DNA from: Candidatus Babelota bacterium
GTDB taxonomy: Bacteria > Babelota > Babeliae > Babelales > JACPOV01
Length of the DNA: 64,000 nucleotides
Direction: 5' to 3'
Assembly: GCA_016191325.1 (NCBI GenBank)
Contig: JACPOV010000008.1
Location: 509,270 to 573,269, forward strand
Below, piece after piece: positions 24,237 to 33,741 of the stretch (its first letter is position 1; each line of letters starts with the position of its first letter). Under the pieces are notes generated by a model that had not been told where the DNA came from, did not search any database, and saw only the letters and a program-made list of their open reading frames with translations. A program made the translations under genes and the position numbers.

Positions 24237-26453
24237 TCAACGCAGAACTTTACGCGTTTTACCACCTTCAGTCGAAATAATAAGTCCTTGAGCCTGAAGT
24301 GAATCAATAATGCGTGCGGAGCGATTGTATCCTATTCTGAATTTTCGTTGCAATAAGGAAATGGAAACTTCGTCAACCGATTTTAAAAATTCTATAACTT
24401 CTTTATAAAGATCTTGATCACTTTCATCAATATCCTCACCTTCTTGGATAGAAACAAGATCGTTCATATCGCAATATTCCACATCTTGTTGTTCTTTTAT
24501 ATGCTGCGCAACACCTTCGCGCTCTTTATCTGAAATGAATGCTCCGTGCACGCGAATTATCTGGCCCGCTGCATCCAAATAAAGCATATCCCCTTTACCC
24601 AATAATTTATCGGCTCCGGCGCAATCAAGAATAATGCGCGAATCAATTTTTGATGAAACCTTAAAAGCAATTCTACTTGGAAAATTAACTTTAATAATCC
24701 CGGTAATAACATCAACCGATGGCCGCTGCGTTGCAACAATCAAATGAATTCCTGCAGCGCGAGCCATTTGAGCAATACGCGCAATGCGCAATTCTACTTC
24801 TTTGGAAGCAACCATCATTAAATCTGAAAGTTCATCAATAATGATAACAATGAGCGGTAATTTTTCTCGTAACGCATCGCCAGCGCATAATTTTTGGTAA
24901 TCATAAAGATGACGAACGCCCGCAGCTGCAAGAAGTTGATAACGGCGCTCCATTTCTTGAACCGCCCATTTGAGTGCAACTCCCGCTTGCTTTGGATCAT
25001 CAACAATAGGGAAAAGCAAATGTGCAATATCAGCATACGCTGCAAACTCAAGGCGTTTTGGGTCAATTAAAATAAGTCGTAATTGTTCTGGTGTTTTTTT
25101 GCACAGCAGGCTCACGATCATCGCATTCAGTGCAACCGATTTTCCAGATCCTGTTGATCCCGCAATTAATAAATGTGGCATTGCAGCAAGATCGACGATC
25201 ATCTTGTTTCCGCTCGTATCGGCTCCTAAAATAAGCGGTAACTGAGCCGTTGTTTTTTGCCATTCGGAACTTTGCAGCAAATGAGAAAAATAAACAGGCA
25301 GGCGAGTTTGATTTGCAACTTCAAAACCTACGAGCGATCTTCCTGGTATTGGTGCAATGATACGAATAGAAATTGCTTGAAGTGCTAAAGCTAAATCATC
25401 CTCAAGAGCAAGAATTCTGCTCACCTTTGCATCGATATGGGGCTGATATTCAAAAAGGGTAACAACCGGGCCCGCTTTAATACCAACAACACGGCCTTGA
25501 ATACCAAAACGCTGCAATTTTTCTTCAAGTATTAATGCTAATTGCTCGTGTTTTTTTGCTAAATGCATTTCTTCTTTGCTCACATCTGGAGAAGAAAAAA
25601 TTGATGCGGTTGGTAAATTATATAATGACGCTGTCTCTTTTTTGCGCTCGGCAAAAGGAGATTTTTTTTCAATTTTTTCGTGTTGCAACGGAGATGATTT
25701 TTTTTCTTGTGTATTATTTTTTTCAGAAATCATATGCCATATGGCATCATTAAGTATTTCTGTCGAATGATTAGTTTTTTCTTGATCCGCAGTGCCGACA
25801 AGCAGCGTAATAAATGAATCCTTAATACGAGTGATTGTGTTTTTCAATAATCTGATTGGCAATACAACAATTGAAAAAAATTGCTTAAAGATTTTTAAGC
25901 GATAAAAAACAATCATCAAATAATTCGGCAATTTTAAAACTGATGCTCGCGAAATTAAAATGAGAGAAATGAGCAGAATACTATGCAAACACAAGCCAAC
26001 TAAAAATTGATCAAAGCGAATCATTTTTGCAACCAAAGCATTGCCCAAAACCCCGCCAGGCAAAAAACCGGTTCTCATTACGCACACATGATACCATGCA
26101 CCAACCATGCATGAACTCATCACAAATAATGACCATCCAATCAGCTGCGAGTGAATTTTTTTTACATCGCCATAATAAAAAAAGTGCCATGTTAAGAAAA
26201 ATAAAAAAACTGCAAAAAAAAGCGCACTCGTGCCAAATAAAAAATAAAAAAGCGCTGCTATATGTGCGCCGAGAAATCCAGCTTTGTTTGTTGTGTGAGA
26301 ATTTTCGCTTGATTGATAAAAAAGTGAACTATCTGTTGGGCAATAGGTCCACAGTGAAAGAGCCAAAAAGCATGCGAGAAAAAATAGCGCCAGTATAAAC
26401 ACAATTGTGCGAAATGAATACCCTCTCATGCGATACAACCATTCATAAACCAT
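24237..26453 (-). CDS. ftsK: DNA translocase FtsK/SpoIIIE
   Basis: N-terminal TM segments, Walker A GSTGSGKSV, Walker B IVIIIDELSDL, and a gamma winged-helix LLQRKFRIGYNRSARIID. Start set at the ATG at 26453, preceded by AAAGGGGGG. Confidence 0.93.
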   Translation of the reverse strand: MVYEWLYRMRGYSFRTIVFILALFFLACFLALSLWTYCPTDSSLFYQSSENSHTTNKAGFLGAHIAALFYFLFGTSALFFAVFLFFLTWHFFYYGDVKKIHSQLIGWSLFVMSSCMVGAWYHVCVMRTGFLPGGVLGNALVAKMIRFDQFLVGLCLHSILLISLILISRASVLKLPNYLMIVFYRLKIFKQFFSIVVLPIRLLKNTITRIKDSFITLLVGTADQEKTNHSTEILNDAIWHMISEKNNTQEKKSSPLQHEKIEKKSPFAERKKETASLYNLPTASIFSSPDVSKEEMHLAKKHEQLALILEEKLQRFGIQGRVVGIKAGPVVTLFEYQPHIDAKVSRILALEDDLALALQAISIRIIAPIPGRSLVGFEVANQTRLPVYFSHLLQSSEWQKTTAQLPLILGADTSGNKMIVDLAAMPHLLIAGSTGSGKSVALNAMIVSLLCKKTPEQLRLILIDPKRLEFAAYADIAHLLFPIVDDPKQAGVALKWAVQEMERRYQLLAAAGVRHLYDYQKLCAGDALREKLPLIVIIIDELSDLMMVASKEVELRIARIAQMARAAGIHLIVATQRPSVDVITGIIKVNFPSRIAFKVSSKIDSRIILDCAGADKLLGKGDMLYLDAAGQIIRVHGAFISDKEREGVAQHIKEQQDVEYCDMNDLVSIQEGEDIDESDQDLYKEVIEFLKSVDEVSISLLQRKFRIGYNRSARIIDSLQAQGLIISTEGGKTRKVLR

Positions 26454-26472
26454 ACGCCCCCCTTTACTTAAA

Positions 26473-27264
26473 TTATGCGTGCCCATTCAGCAATGAAACT
26501 GCTGATAAGATTGCAGCATACCAGCCGAATAACCACCATTTGCGTGCCATTATTATTTTTCTGACGAGAAATAAAAGTGCAACCGCAACTACTATCGCTA
26601 TCACCATAGTCAACTGCCATTGCCAATTCAAGAGATTGAGCGCATGCAGTTTGTGCATATCGTAAAATCCTTTTAGTGTGGCGGCGCAACTTATCGGAAA
26701 CTCAATCAAAAAAGAAAGCTCAAGCGCATGCCGCAAAGAAAATCCGCGCCATCGAGCTGCCGCAAATGTTAACCCAAATCGCGAAACTCCAGGCAAAAAG
26801 GCGATTCCTTGAGCAACGCCCAAAATGAACGCATTTATCTTATTCCATTGAGTTGATTGTTCTTGTGCGCCCAACAAACGATCGCTTAATAATGCAAGTG
26901 CCGTTAATAAAAAACCGAGCCAACGTGGCCATCCGCTCATGCCGCTATATTCAAAAAAAATAAAAAACATCAGCGTGACGAACTCTGCAATAAATCCACA
27001 TATTAAATAGTTTAGGAACGAGTAACGGTTTTTTAAAAAAAATCGTGGCAACAATCGCCACCGATTAAAAAAAAATATAATGAGTACAATAACCATTGGA
27101 CCATGCAGTAAAAAATCGAGCGCTTTAAGTAGTTCATTGTCATACGCAAACACGCCATAATTTTGCAATACGTTCGTAAGCACGGCGATATGCGTCGAAC
27201 TACTAATTGGCAGCATTTCAAGCACTGCTGCACAAAAACTGATAATAAGAAAACCAAATACCAT
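26473..27264 (-). CDS. uppP: undecaprenyl-diphosphate phosphatase UppP/BacA
   Basis: LPISSSTHI N-terminal motif, AQGIAFLPGVSRFG motif, 7-8 TM segments. Confidence 0.85.
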   Translation of the reverse strand: MVFGFLIISFCAAVLEMLPISSSTHIAVLTNVLQNYGVFAYDNELLKALDFLLHGPMVIVLIIFFFNRWRLLPRFFLKNRYSFLNYLICGFIAEFVTLMFFIFFEYSGMSGWPRWLGFLLTALALLSDRLLGAQEQSTQWNKINAFILGVAQGIAFLPGVSRFGLTFAAARWRGFSLRHALELSFLIEFPISCAATLKGFYDMHKLHALNLLNWQWQLTMVIAIVVAVALLFLVRKIIMARKWWLFGWYAAILSAVSLLNGHA

Positions 27265-27397
27265 CGAAACTACTTTCTGCTGGGGTGAGATTTTCCTCCA
27301 AGTATAAATAACCGCTGAGCAAGCGCAAACTGCATTGACGAAAAAAATGAAAAATAGTAGCGTTAGCTTGGTTTTTGATTTTAATTAAGGAGTTTAT

Positions 27398-28957
27398 ATG
27401 AAGCATCATCTCAAAAGGCTGCTCGGGGTTCTCGCCCTTATGACAGTTCACAGCATTTCGGCCGATATGAGTACCGTTTTTGGTAAATCATTTTATCGCC
27501 AACGCTCTCAGGGATCAAATGAAGCTCGCTGGATGGCGGGGCAAGCGCACCATCTTTATTTACCCGATCTTGATTGCTTAAATGGTAGCATCGCGTTTAT
27601 TGGTGAATATGGCCAAACATTCCGCGGTAAAAAAATCGGAGAATTTTTATTCTTTAATGGCACCGATACTATGACGTTCGGCCCAGCTAAAACCACCATA
27701 ACGGGAATGCCCGATCCTGCAGGCGCAAGCACCGATGTTTTTGCACAAAACTTCCTTTTAAATCCTAATTTTTTCGGCACGGTTTCTGCGCATCCTTTAG
27801 TGCGTAATTTTATTTTCGATATGAACCTTTATTTGGGCCTGGATGAATTGGTATGCGGCCTTTATTTTCGTGTAGACGTTCCATTCGGTTGGACAAGCTG
27901 GGATATGGGGCTTGAAGAAATTGTTACCAATACAGGATCGCCCGGTTTTCCTGCAAATACTTTCGGAAATCCTGCCGTACAACCATCTCCACTTAACAGT
28001 ATTATCGAAGCGTGGAAAGGCGGCGTAACCGATGCAAGCTTACCGCATTTGCGCCAGGGATTAAATTTTGCAAAAGTAGATGGCAAAAAATCAAAAGCGG
28101 GCGTCGCAGATTTAACGTTCTTCCTTGGCTATAATTTCTGGCGCTCCGATTGTTCTCATCTGAGCGTTCAACTTGCTCTTATTGCGCCAACAGGAAATAG
28201 ACCCCGTGGCGAATTTCTTTTTGAGCCAGTTTTTGGTAATGGACACCACGTTGAATTTGGCGCCGGTCTTACGGCCCATTATGAAATGTGGAACAACGGT
28301 TGCGATCAATCATTCGGGATGTATTTTGAGGGGAACGCCTATCACGTATTTTATGCACGCCAACACCGCACGTTTGATTTAAAGAACAACGGCATTGGTA
28401 GTCGCTATCTATTATTCAAGCGATTCTTGAATGGAACCTATCAAAACGAAGTTGTTTTTGGTGCAAATATTTTAACTCTTGAGTGTAAAGTACAAAATGA
28501 TATTCACGGCGATGCAGCACTGATGTTTGATTATAAACACAAAAGCTGGACGATCGACGTCGGTTACAACGTGTGGGGAATCTCAAAAGATAAAATCGCT
28601 ATCACGCAAGATATTCCCAACGGCACCTATGGACTGCAAGGCTTAACCCCTACAGCTCCAGTTCCAGGCGCTGGAAATAATACGCAAAGCCTTACGATGA
28701 TCAATGGTACATTTCAACCACCAACAGCAGATGCAAGCAGCCCTGTAACAATCACAAACGATAGCATCGACCCTGATTCTGCTGCAAATCCTGGTGCATA
28801 TTCAAACAAATTCTTTACGCACTTTGGCTATACCTGGGAAAATTGCGACTATCTACCGTTCTTGGGAATTGGCGGAGAAGTTGAAATTTCAGGCAGCAAT
28901 GGCCGCGCATTTGATCAATGGGGCGTTTGGATCAAAGGCGGATTCACCTTCATTTAA
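27398..28957 (+). CDS. putative outer-membrane beta-barrel (porin-like) protein
   Basis: 519 aa. Signal MKHHLKRLLGVLALMTVHSISA. Rich in Gly, Asn and aromatic residues with alternating strands, and a terminal strand WIKGGFTFI. An IGEY-containing block resembles that of 50066..51343. Confidence 0.6.
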   Translation: MKHHLKRLLGVLALMTVHSISADMSTVFGKSFYRQRSQGSNEARWMAGQAHHLYLPDLDCLNGSIAFIGEYGQTFRGKKIGEFLFFNGTDTMTFGPAKTTITGMPDPAGASTDVFAQNFLLNPNFFGTVSAHPLVRNFIFDMNLYLGLDELVCGLYFRVDVPFGWTSWDMGLEEIVTNTGSPGFPANTFGNPAVQPSPLNSIIEAWKGGVTDASLPHLRQGLNFAKVDGKKSKAGVADLTFFLGYNFWRSDCSHLSVQLALIAPTGNRPRGEFLFEPVFGNGHHVEFGAGLTAHYEMWNNGCDQSFGMYFEGNAYHVFYARQHRTFDLKNNGIGSRYLLFKRFLNGTYQNEVVFGANILTLECKVQNDIHGDAALMFDYKHKSWTIDVGYNVWGISKDKIAITQDIPNGTYGLQGLTPTAPVPGAGNNTQSLTMINGTFQPPTADASSPVTITNDSIDPDSAANPGAYSNKFFTHFGYTWENCDYLPFLGIGGEVEISGSNGRAFDQWGVWIKGGFTFI

Positions 28958-28980
28958 AGATTTTTCATTTTGCTGAGAAT

Positions 28981-29012
28981 AAAAAAGCCCGGAAAAACTC
29001 CGGGCTTTTTTT
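28981..29012 (+). terminator. rho-independent terminator
   Basis: AAGCCCGGA-aaaac-TCCGGGCTT followed by a T7 run. Confidence 0.8.
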
Positions 29013-29431
29013 ACGTAAAGAGGCGTTTTCCAGACGCTGATAAAATAGCTGCATTTCAGCAGCCCAATTCTCAATGCTGCCAGCAGAATCGTTTTTCTGA
29101 CTGGTAATGCCAACTTTCGGTACAGGGACAGTAAAAAACCAAAAACCCCGCAAATCTGGCAATTTTTATACAATTTCTAAACTTTCTTCTTTTGTCTGCA
29201 TTAATCATTTTTACCCCATGGAAAAATATCCGATTCTTTGATTTTCACCCGAGAAACTCATGAAGAAAGCGGGCAAAAGAGAGCTTTCTCATGTCTTAAA
29301 TTATTTCTATTTGACACATTTTATACTTTTAATTATTGCATTTTATATTCAGTTTGTACGAAAATGGTAATAAGTATGTAGGATTAGCCTACAAATACTA
29401 AGCAATATTAACCCTTATTAAAGGAGAGCAT

Positions 29432-29713
29432 ATGAAGAAGCTCGTACTAGCTGCTCTAGCAGTTGCCGCATTGTTCGCATTCGACGCAGATGCACGTTAT
29501 GGTTATAATTCTTGTAACTCTTGTCCAAAAAAACGTTGCTGCGCTGAACGCGTAGTTGAAGAAACTTGCCCGCAAGCTCCATGCTGCGTTCGCTACGTTC
29601 GCGTTGAAGAACCTGCTCAAAGAACTAAGCACGTTTCTTATTCTTGGGAATGTCCTTCTGACTGCGCTACTGAAGCTCCAAAGCTTATGGTCGGTCAAAC
29701 TTACGAACAGTAA
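29432..29713 (+). CDS. small secreted cysteine-rich protein
   Basis: 93 aa with a strong AAAGGAG RBS. Signal MKKLVLAALAVAALFAFDADA. 9 Cys in about 72 mature residues, including two CC pairs. Codon choice is unlike the AT-rich neighbours. Followed by its own terminator. Confidence 0.7.
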   Translation: MKKLVLAALAVAALFAFDADARYGYNSCNSCPKKRCCAERVVEETCPQAPCCVRYVRVEEPAQRTKHVSYSWECPSDCATEAPKLMVGQTYEQ

Positions 29714-29733
29714 TTCGTTAGTTTAATTAAGTT

Positions 29734-29779
29734 TGCCCCTTTAAAGCTTCTTATGGATGCTCAAAGGGGCATTTTTTTT
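29734..29779 (+). terminator. rho-independent terminator
   Basis: TGCCCCTTT...AAAGGGGCA stem followed by T8. Confidence 0.65.
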
Positions 29780-29861
29780 GCCCATGTGCTGACATTTTTT
29801 ATAGAAAGCCTATTTGACGTTTGGCCTCTCTCAATTATAATGGAAAGTAATGGAGGCTCAA

Positions 29862-30566
29862 ATGGACGGTTTAAAGCATATATCACCCATTCTTTTGGGT
29901 ATTTTTTTATCAATCTCTTCCCCTTCTTTCTCTGCAAACTATGATGCGATAAATCATTATAACGAAAAACTCTTGGCAGAAGAAAATCAATGCTGGCAGC
30001 AGTTTGAAAAAATCGGCATTTATCAAGATTCACTGCTCGCTCCTTATTTTAAGGAAGCCCAGCGCTATCAAACAAACTTTGATTTCCCAAAAGTCGACCT
30101 CCCACAAGAAACGTTAACCCTTTTTTACCGAGCTATGAGCGATTTTGGTATAAACCCCAGATCAATAAGCATCGTTGGCTCAGAGACCGATTCTCCCCTT
30201 GGTACACGTAGTTTTTCCCTCTTTGTAAATAAGGAAGTTTTCCTAAGATTCTCTGCCCCTGCCCAGCTTTTTTTGATAGCCCATGAAATCCAGCATATTA
30301 TTTATAAAGACAATTCTTTCTGCCACTTTTTAGAAAACACTGTAAAAAATGGCAAAATAAACGCCGATGCGCCCGTTTGTGCATATCTCCGCTTTACCGA
30401 GCTCAGGGCCGATATCAAAGCGGCCACCTTCAGCAGGGAATACGCTCAGGGATATGTTGCCTTCATACAGGAAATGATCGCTTCAAGGGGCGATACTAAT
30501 GGAATAACCCACCCAAAGAATAGTGACCGATTAAATCTCGCCCGAGAGATCTTAGCAGCCATCTGA
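29862..30566 (+). CDS. anchored HExxH metalloprotease-like protein, paralogue 1 (M48/M56-like)
   Basis: GGAGG RBS 5 nt before the ATG at 29862. Signal/anchor LKHISPILLGIFLSISSPSFSA. LIAHEIQHIIYKD, RFTELRADIKAA, YAQGY, HPKNSDRLNLAREI. Confidence 0.75.
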   Translation: MDGLKHISPILLGIFLSISSPSFSANYDAINHYNEKLLAEENQCWQQFEKIGIYQDSLLAPYFKEAQRYQTNFDFPKVDLPQETLTLFYRAMSDFGINPRSISIVGSETDSPLGTRSFSLFVNKEVFLRFSAPAQLFLIAHEIQHIIYKDNSFCHFLENTVKNGKINADAPVCAYLRFTELRADIKAATFSREYAQGYVAFIQEMIASRGDTNGITHPKNSDRLNLAREILAAI

Positions 30567-30695
30567 AAATCGACATTTCTTATACAGAGTTACCAATTTT
30601 CTCTCGATTTTATATAAAGAATGTACTAGACAAAAGCTTTAAATAGGTTATATTTAATAATAGAAATATATCTTACTTAGAAAATGGAGGTAGAT

Positions 30696-31448
30696 ATGAT
30701 GAAGAAATTCTTACAAATAAGCGCTCTTACCATCGCGGGACTTTTAGTAGGTTTCGGATGCTATTATAAATACGCTGATAAAAATACAAACAATCCTATA
30801 GAATACGCATACAATTATCTTTCAAAAGAAGAACAGAATACCTGGGCTTATTTAAATGCATTTGATATTAATAAAGCTCTACTTGAAGCTAAAGCAACTG
30901 AGCTTGAGCCTGACCACATAAGAAGACAGAACGAAAAAGCGCACAGTACAACTGAGCTTTCAGAAAAAACGCAGAAATTAGCTGCGGAAGTTTTAGCTTC
31001 ATGCGGGATTGATCCAGCAAGCATAAAAATTGTCGCAACTGAGAGAGATTGCGCTGCATGTGCTTCAGAAACTACTTTACTCATAAATGAAAAATTGCTG
31101 AACAGCTATTCAAGAAATGCGCAGCTCTTTATTCTTGCACACGAAACACAGCATATCATCTATAAGGATTATCTGCATATTTCAGCATTGGAAGCTATAT
31201 TAGCAGATAAAAATCTAAGCTATCAAATAAATAGTTTTAACGATCCTCTGAATTACTATTCTCGATTCTGCGAGTTTCGTGCAGATGCGAATGCGGCGCT
31301 TAAAGGCGGCCCATTTGCCCAAGGGTATTTGGAATTTACACAAGCATCGCTTAACGAGGGTGAACAAGCAGAACCAAATCACCCTTCTGATAACGATCGA
31401 TTTGCATTAGCACAAGAAATTCATTCAGCAATGCAAACAACAGCTTAA
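30696..31448 (+). CDS. anchored HExxH metalloprotease-like protein, paralogue 2
   Basis: GGAGG RBS. TM ISALTIAGLLVGFGCYY. LAHETQHIIYKD, RFCEFRADANAA, FAQGY, HPSDNDRFALAQEI. Confidence 0.75.
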   Translation: MMKKFLQISALTIAGLLVGFGCYYKYADKNTNNPIEYAYNYLSKEEQNTWAYLNAFDINKALLEAKATELEPDHIRRQNEKAHSTTELSEKTQKLAAEVLASCGIDPASIKIVATERDCAACASETTLLINEKLLNSYSRNAQLFILAHETQHIIYKDYLHISALEAILADKNLSYQINSFNDPLNYYSRFCEFRADANAALKGGPFAQGYLEFTQASLNEGEQAEPNHPSDNDRFALAQEIHSAMQTTA

Positions 31449-31469
31449 TTAAAAAGATGGAGATAAAAA

Positions 31470-32219
31470 ATGAAACTATTTAATAAAAAAACAACACTAT
31501 TAGCGATATCAATTTTAACAGTTGCAACTTATATATTTTATAAAAAAATATATAAGCCAAGCAAAACTGGCACCCAGAAGCATTACGAGCAATTGATTAC
31601 TGATAGACAGCATCAAGTATGGGATTCGTTAGAATCAGCCGGAATAAAACAGAATGAGTTTGAATCATTTTATGAAGAATACTTACCCCGGTATCTAAAA
31701 GAAGATGCTGAAACGCAACAAGCTGATATCTCACCCGAAGTACTTTCCGTGATTCATGAAGTAATGCACGATTTAAATATCGATCCAGAGACAGTGACAA
31801 TAACAACATTTGATGATGGTTCACCTGCCGCTGCAACTGACGGATTACTTCTTATTAATGAGAATAAGTTTAAAGCTCTATCAAGAGAATCGCAGCTCTT
31901 TGCATTAGCACACGAATTTCAACATATGCGATTCAAAGACGGCTCAACAATTTGCGCATTGCGCGAAACGGTAAAGCTTCATAGCACAGAGCAGGATGAC
32001 TCTTCTATGGATAATCCGTTTAATCAGTATTCTCGTTTTATAGAGACGCGTGCTGATATTAATGCTGCTATGATAGGTCCTAAATATGCCCAGGCATATG
32101 TTACGTACATGGATGAATCAATTAAGCGCAGTGGAGAAAATGCAGGTATTTCGCATCCAAAAAATAGCGAACGCCTAGCATTAGCTAAAGAAATTTATTC
32201 AGAAGTAGCACAAGCATAA
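31470..32219 (+). CDS. anchored HExxH metalloprotease-like protein, paralogue 3
   Basis: TM TTLLAISILTVATYIFY. LAHEFQHMRFKD, RFIETRADINAA, YAQAY, HPKNSERLALAKEI. Confidence 0.75.
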   Translation: MKLFNKKTTLLAISILTVATYIFYKKIYKPSKTGTQKHYEQLITDRQHQVWDSLESAGIKQNEFESFYEEYLPRYLKEDAETQQADISPEVLSVIHEVMHDLNIDPETVTITTFDDGSPAAATDGLLLINENKFKALSRESQLFALAHEFQHMRFKDGSTICALRETVKLHSTEQDDSSMDNPFNQYSRFIETRADINAAMIGPKYAQAYVTYMDESIKRSGENAGISHPKNSERLALAKEIYSEVAQA

Positions 32220-32248
32220 TTGCCTTGGCAAAAAAAAAGGAGGCTATA

Positions 32249-32995
32249 ATGAAAAATATACGCAAAGTTTTTACAGGAATTATTGCATGCATTCTGATGG
32301 CAACCGGCCTTTATTTTCTCAAGACAAAAGAAGCCCAACCGGTAAATAAATTTAATGAACAACTTGCTACCTTTGAAAAAAAAGCATGGGATTCATTAGC
32401 AACGGTTGGCGTTAATAAAGATGAATGTCTTGCAGAAATTATTCCAACAGAAAAACAATATAATAAAATGCATGCGAAAAAAACTCGCATCAGCCAAAAG
32501 CTTTCTAAAAAAACGATCAACTTGGCAAAAGAAGTATTAAGTTCGTTCGGTATAGATCCAAACTCGATCTCGATACAGCCTATTGATAGTAGCTCGCCGG
32601 CTGAAGTTGAAGAAGATACACTTTTTATTAACGAAAAAGAGCTGCATTCACTTCCAGAAAATGCGCAAAAATTCGTGTTAGGTCATGAGGCACAGCATAT
32701 ATTGCACAAAGATTGTTTCTGCAAAGCAGCGATAGATAATTTATCAAATCAAAAACTCGACTGGGAATCTCCTAGAAGTGATTACCCGCTCAATGAATTT
32801 TCTCGATTTATAGAATGGCGCGCAGATATTAAAGCAGCTATGGCAGGCCCCGATTATGCGCAAGGCTATATTGAGTTTGCCCAAATGCGAAACGCCTCAG
32901 AGCCCTATGATGATGATGAAGAAACATCTCATCCTCTCTTTAAAAATCGCGTTGCAATGGCCAAAGAAATTTATGCAACATTTCAGACTGCATAA
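32249..32995 (+). CDS. anchored HExxH metalloprotease-like protein, paralogue 4
   Basis: AGGAGG RBS before the ATG at 32249. TM FTGIIACILMATGLYF. LGHEAQHILHKD, RFIEWRADIKAA, YAQGY, HPLFKNRVAMAKEI. Confidence 0.75.
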   Translation: MKNIRKVFTGIIACILMATGLYFLKTKEAQPVNKFNEQLATFEKKAWDSLATVGVNKDECLAEIIPTEKQYNKMHAKKTRISQKLSKKTINLAKEVLSSFGIDPNSISIQPIDSSSPAEVEEDTLFINEKELHSLPENAQKFVLGHEAQHILHKDCFCKAAIDNLSNQKLDWESPRSDYPLNEFSRFIEWRADIKAAMAGPDYAQGYIEFAQMRNASEPYDDDEETSHPLFKNRVAMAKEIYATFQTA

Positions 32996-33015
32996 TAGAA
33001 ATTAATGGAGAAAAC

Positions 33016-33741
33016 ATGAACTTTAATTACAAAATAGTACTGTTATTAGCAATAGCCGCATTAACTATTATTGGAGTAGTATATCTACAAAAAAACAATA
33101 ATCAGAACAACATTCAATGCGTTATGGTTTCATATTTACAACAGCTCGAACAAGATGCCTGGAAGAAAATCGGTTCAATTGGTCTTACAAAAAATGAATG
33201 CTTAGAAAAAATAGATGAACTGCCACCACTTCCAACAATCGAAACACAAAAGCTCTCTCCGTACTTTGAAAAAATTTCTCAGGAAGTTCTCAACGATTTC
33301 GGTGTGGATAAAAATGAGATTTTCTTTACGCGCACAACTAAATCAGCGCCAGCATTTACTTCTGGTAAAACTATTCACATTCATGAAGAAGAAATGAAAA
33401 CGTTATCAAAACAAGAACAAAAATTTGTTATCGGCCATGAATTGCATCATATCATGAACCAAGATAGCGATCTTCATACCGTAATCCAGAATGAAGCTGA
33501 TATTAAAAAAGGTAATGGCAGTATAGATTGCCCACTCAATACACATTGCCGCTTTTGCGAATTTCGTGCCGATATTGAAACTGCATTAAAAAATAATGAA
33601 TATGCGCAAGGATACAAAGAATTTATACAACATTATCTCATTGATAATGGGCGCTACGACTCAGGTATCACTCATCCGAAGCATAAAGATCGTTTAGCAT
33701 TAGCGGAAAAACTCTGCGCTTCTCTCCCCCAAATAGCATAA
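33016..33741 (+). CDS. anchored HExxH metalloprotease-like protein, paralogue 5
   Basis: TM IVLLLAIAALTIIGVVY. IGHELHHIMNQD, RFCEFRADIETA, YAQGY, HPKHKDRLALAEKL. Confidence 0.75.
   Translation: MNFNYKIVLLLAIAALTIIGVVYLQKNNNQNNIQCVMVSYLQQLEQDAWKKIGSIGLTKNECLEKIDELPPLPTIETQKLSPYFEKISQEVLNDFGVDKNEIFFTRTTKSAPAFTSGKTIHIHEEEMKTLSKQEQKFVIGHELHHIMNQDSDLHTVIQNEADIKKGNGSIDCPLNTHCRFCEFRADIETALKNNEYAQGYKEFIQHYLIDNGRYDSGITHPKHKDRLALAEKLCASLPQIA

Noticed and set aside
28889-29173. Two overlapping minus-strand ORFs (94 and 65 aa) in the long spacer after the porin-like gene
   Set aside because: Both read straight through the strong terminator hairpin at 28981-29012. They have no RBS and no recognisable family. 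I also looked in 29013-29431 for SRP, 6S, tmRNA and RNase P hallmarks and recognised none.
31755-31769. Second HExxH (HEVMH) in metalloprotease paralogue 3
   Set aside because: It is not conserved in the other four paralogues at the aligned position, so it is probably coincidental. The shared catalytic candidate is HEFQH at 31911-31925.
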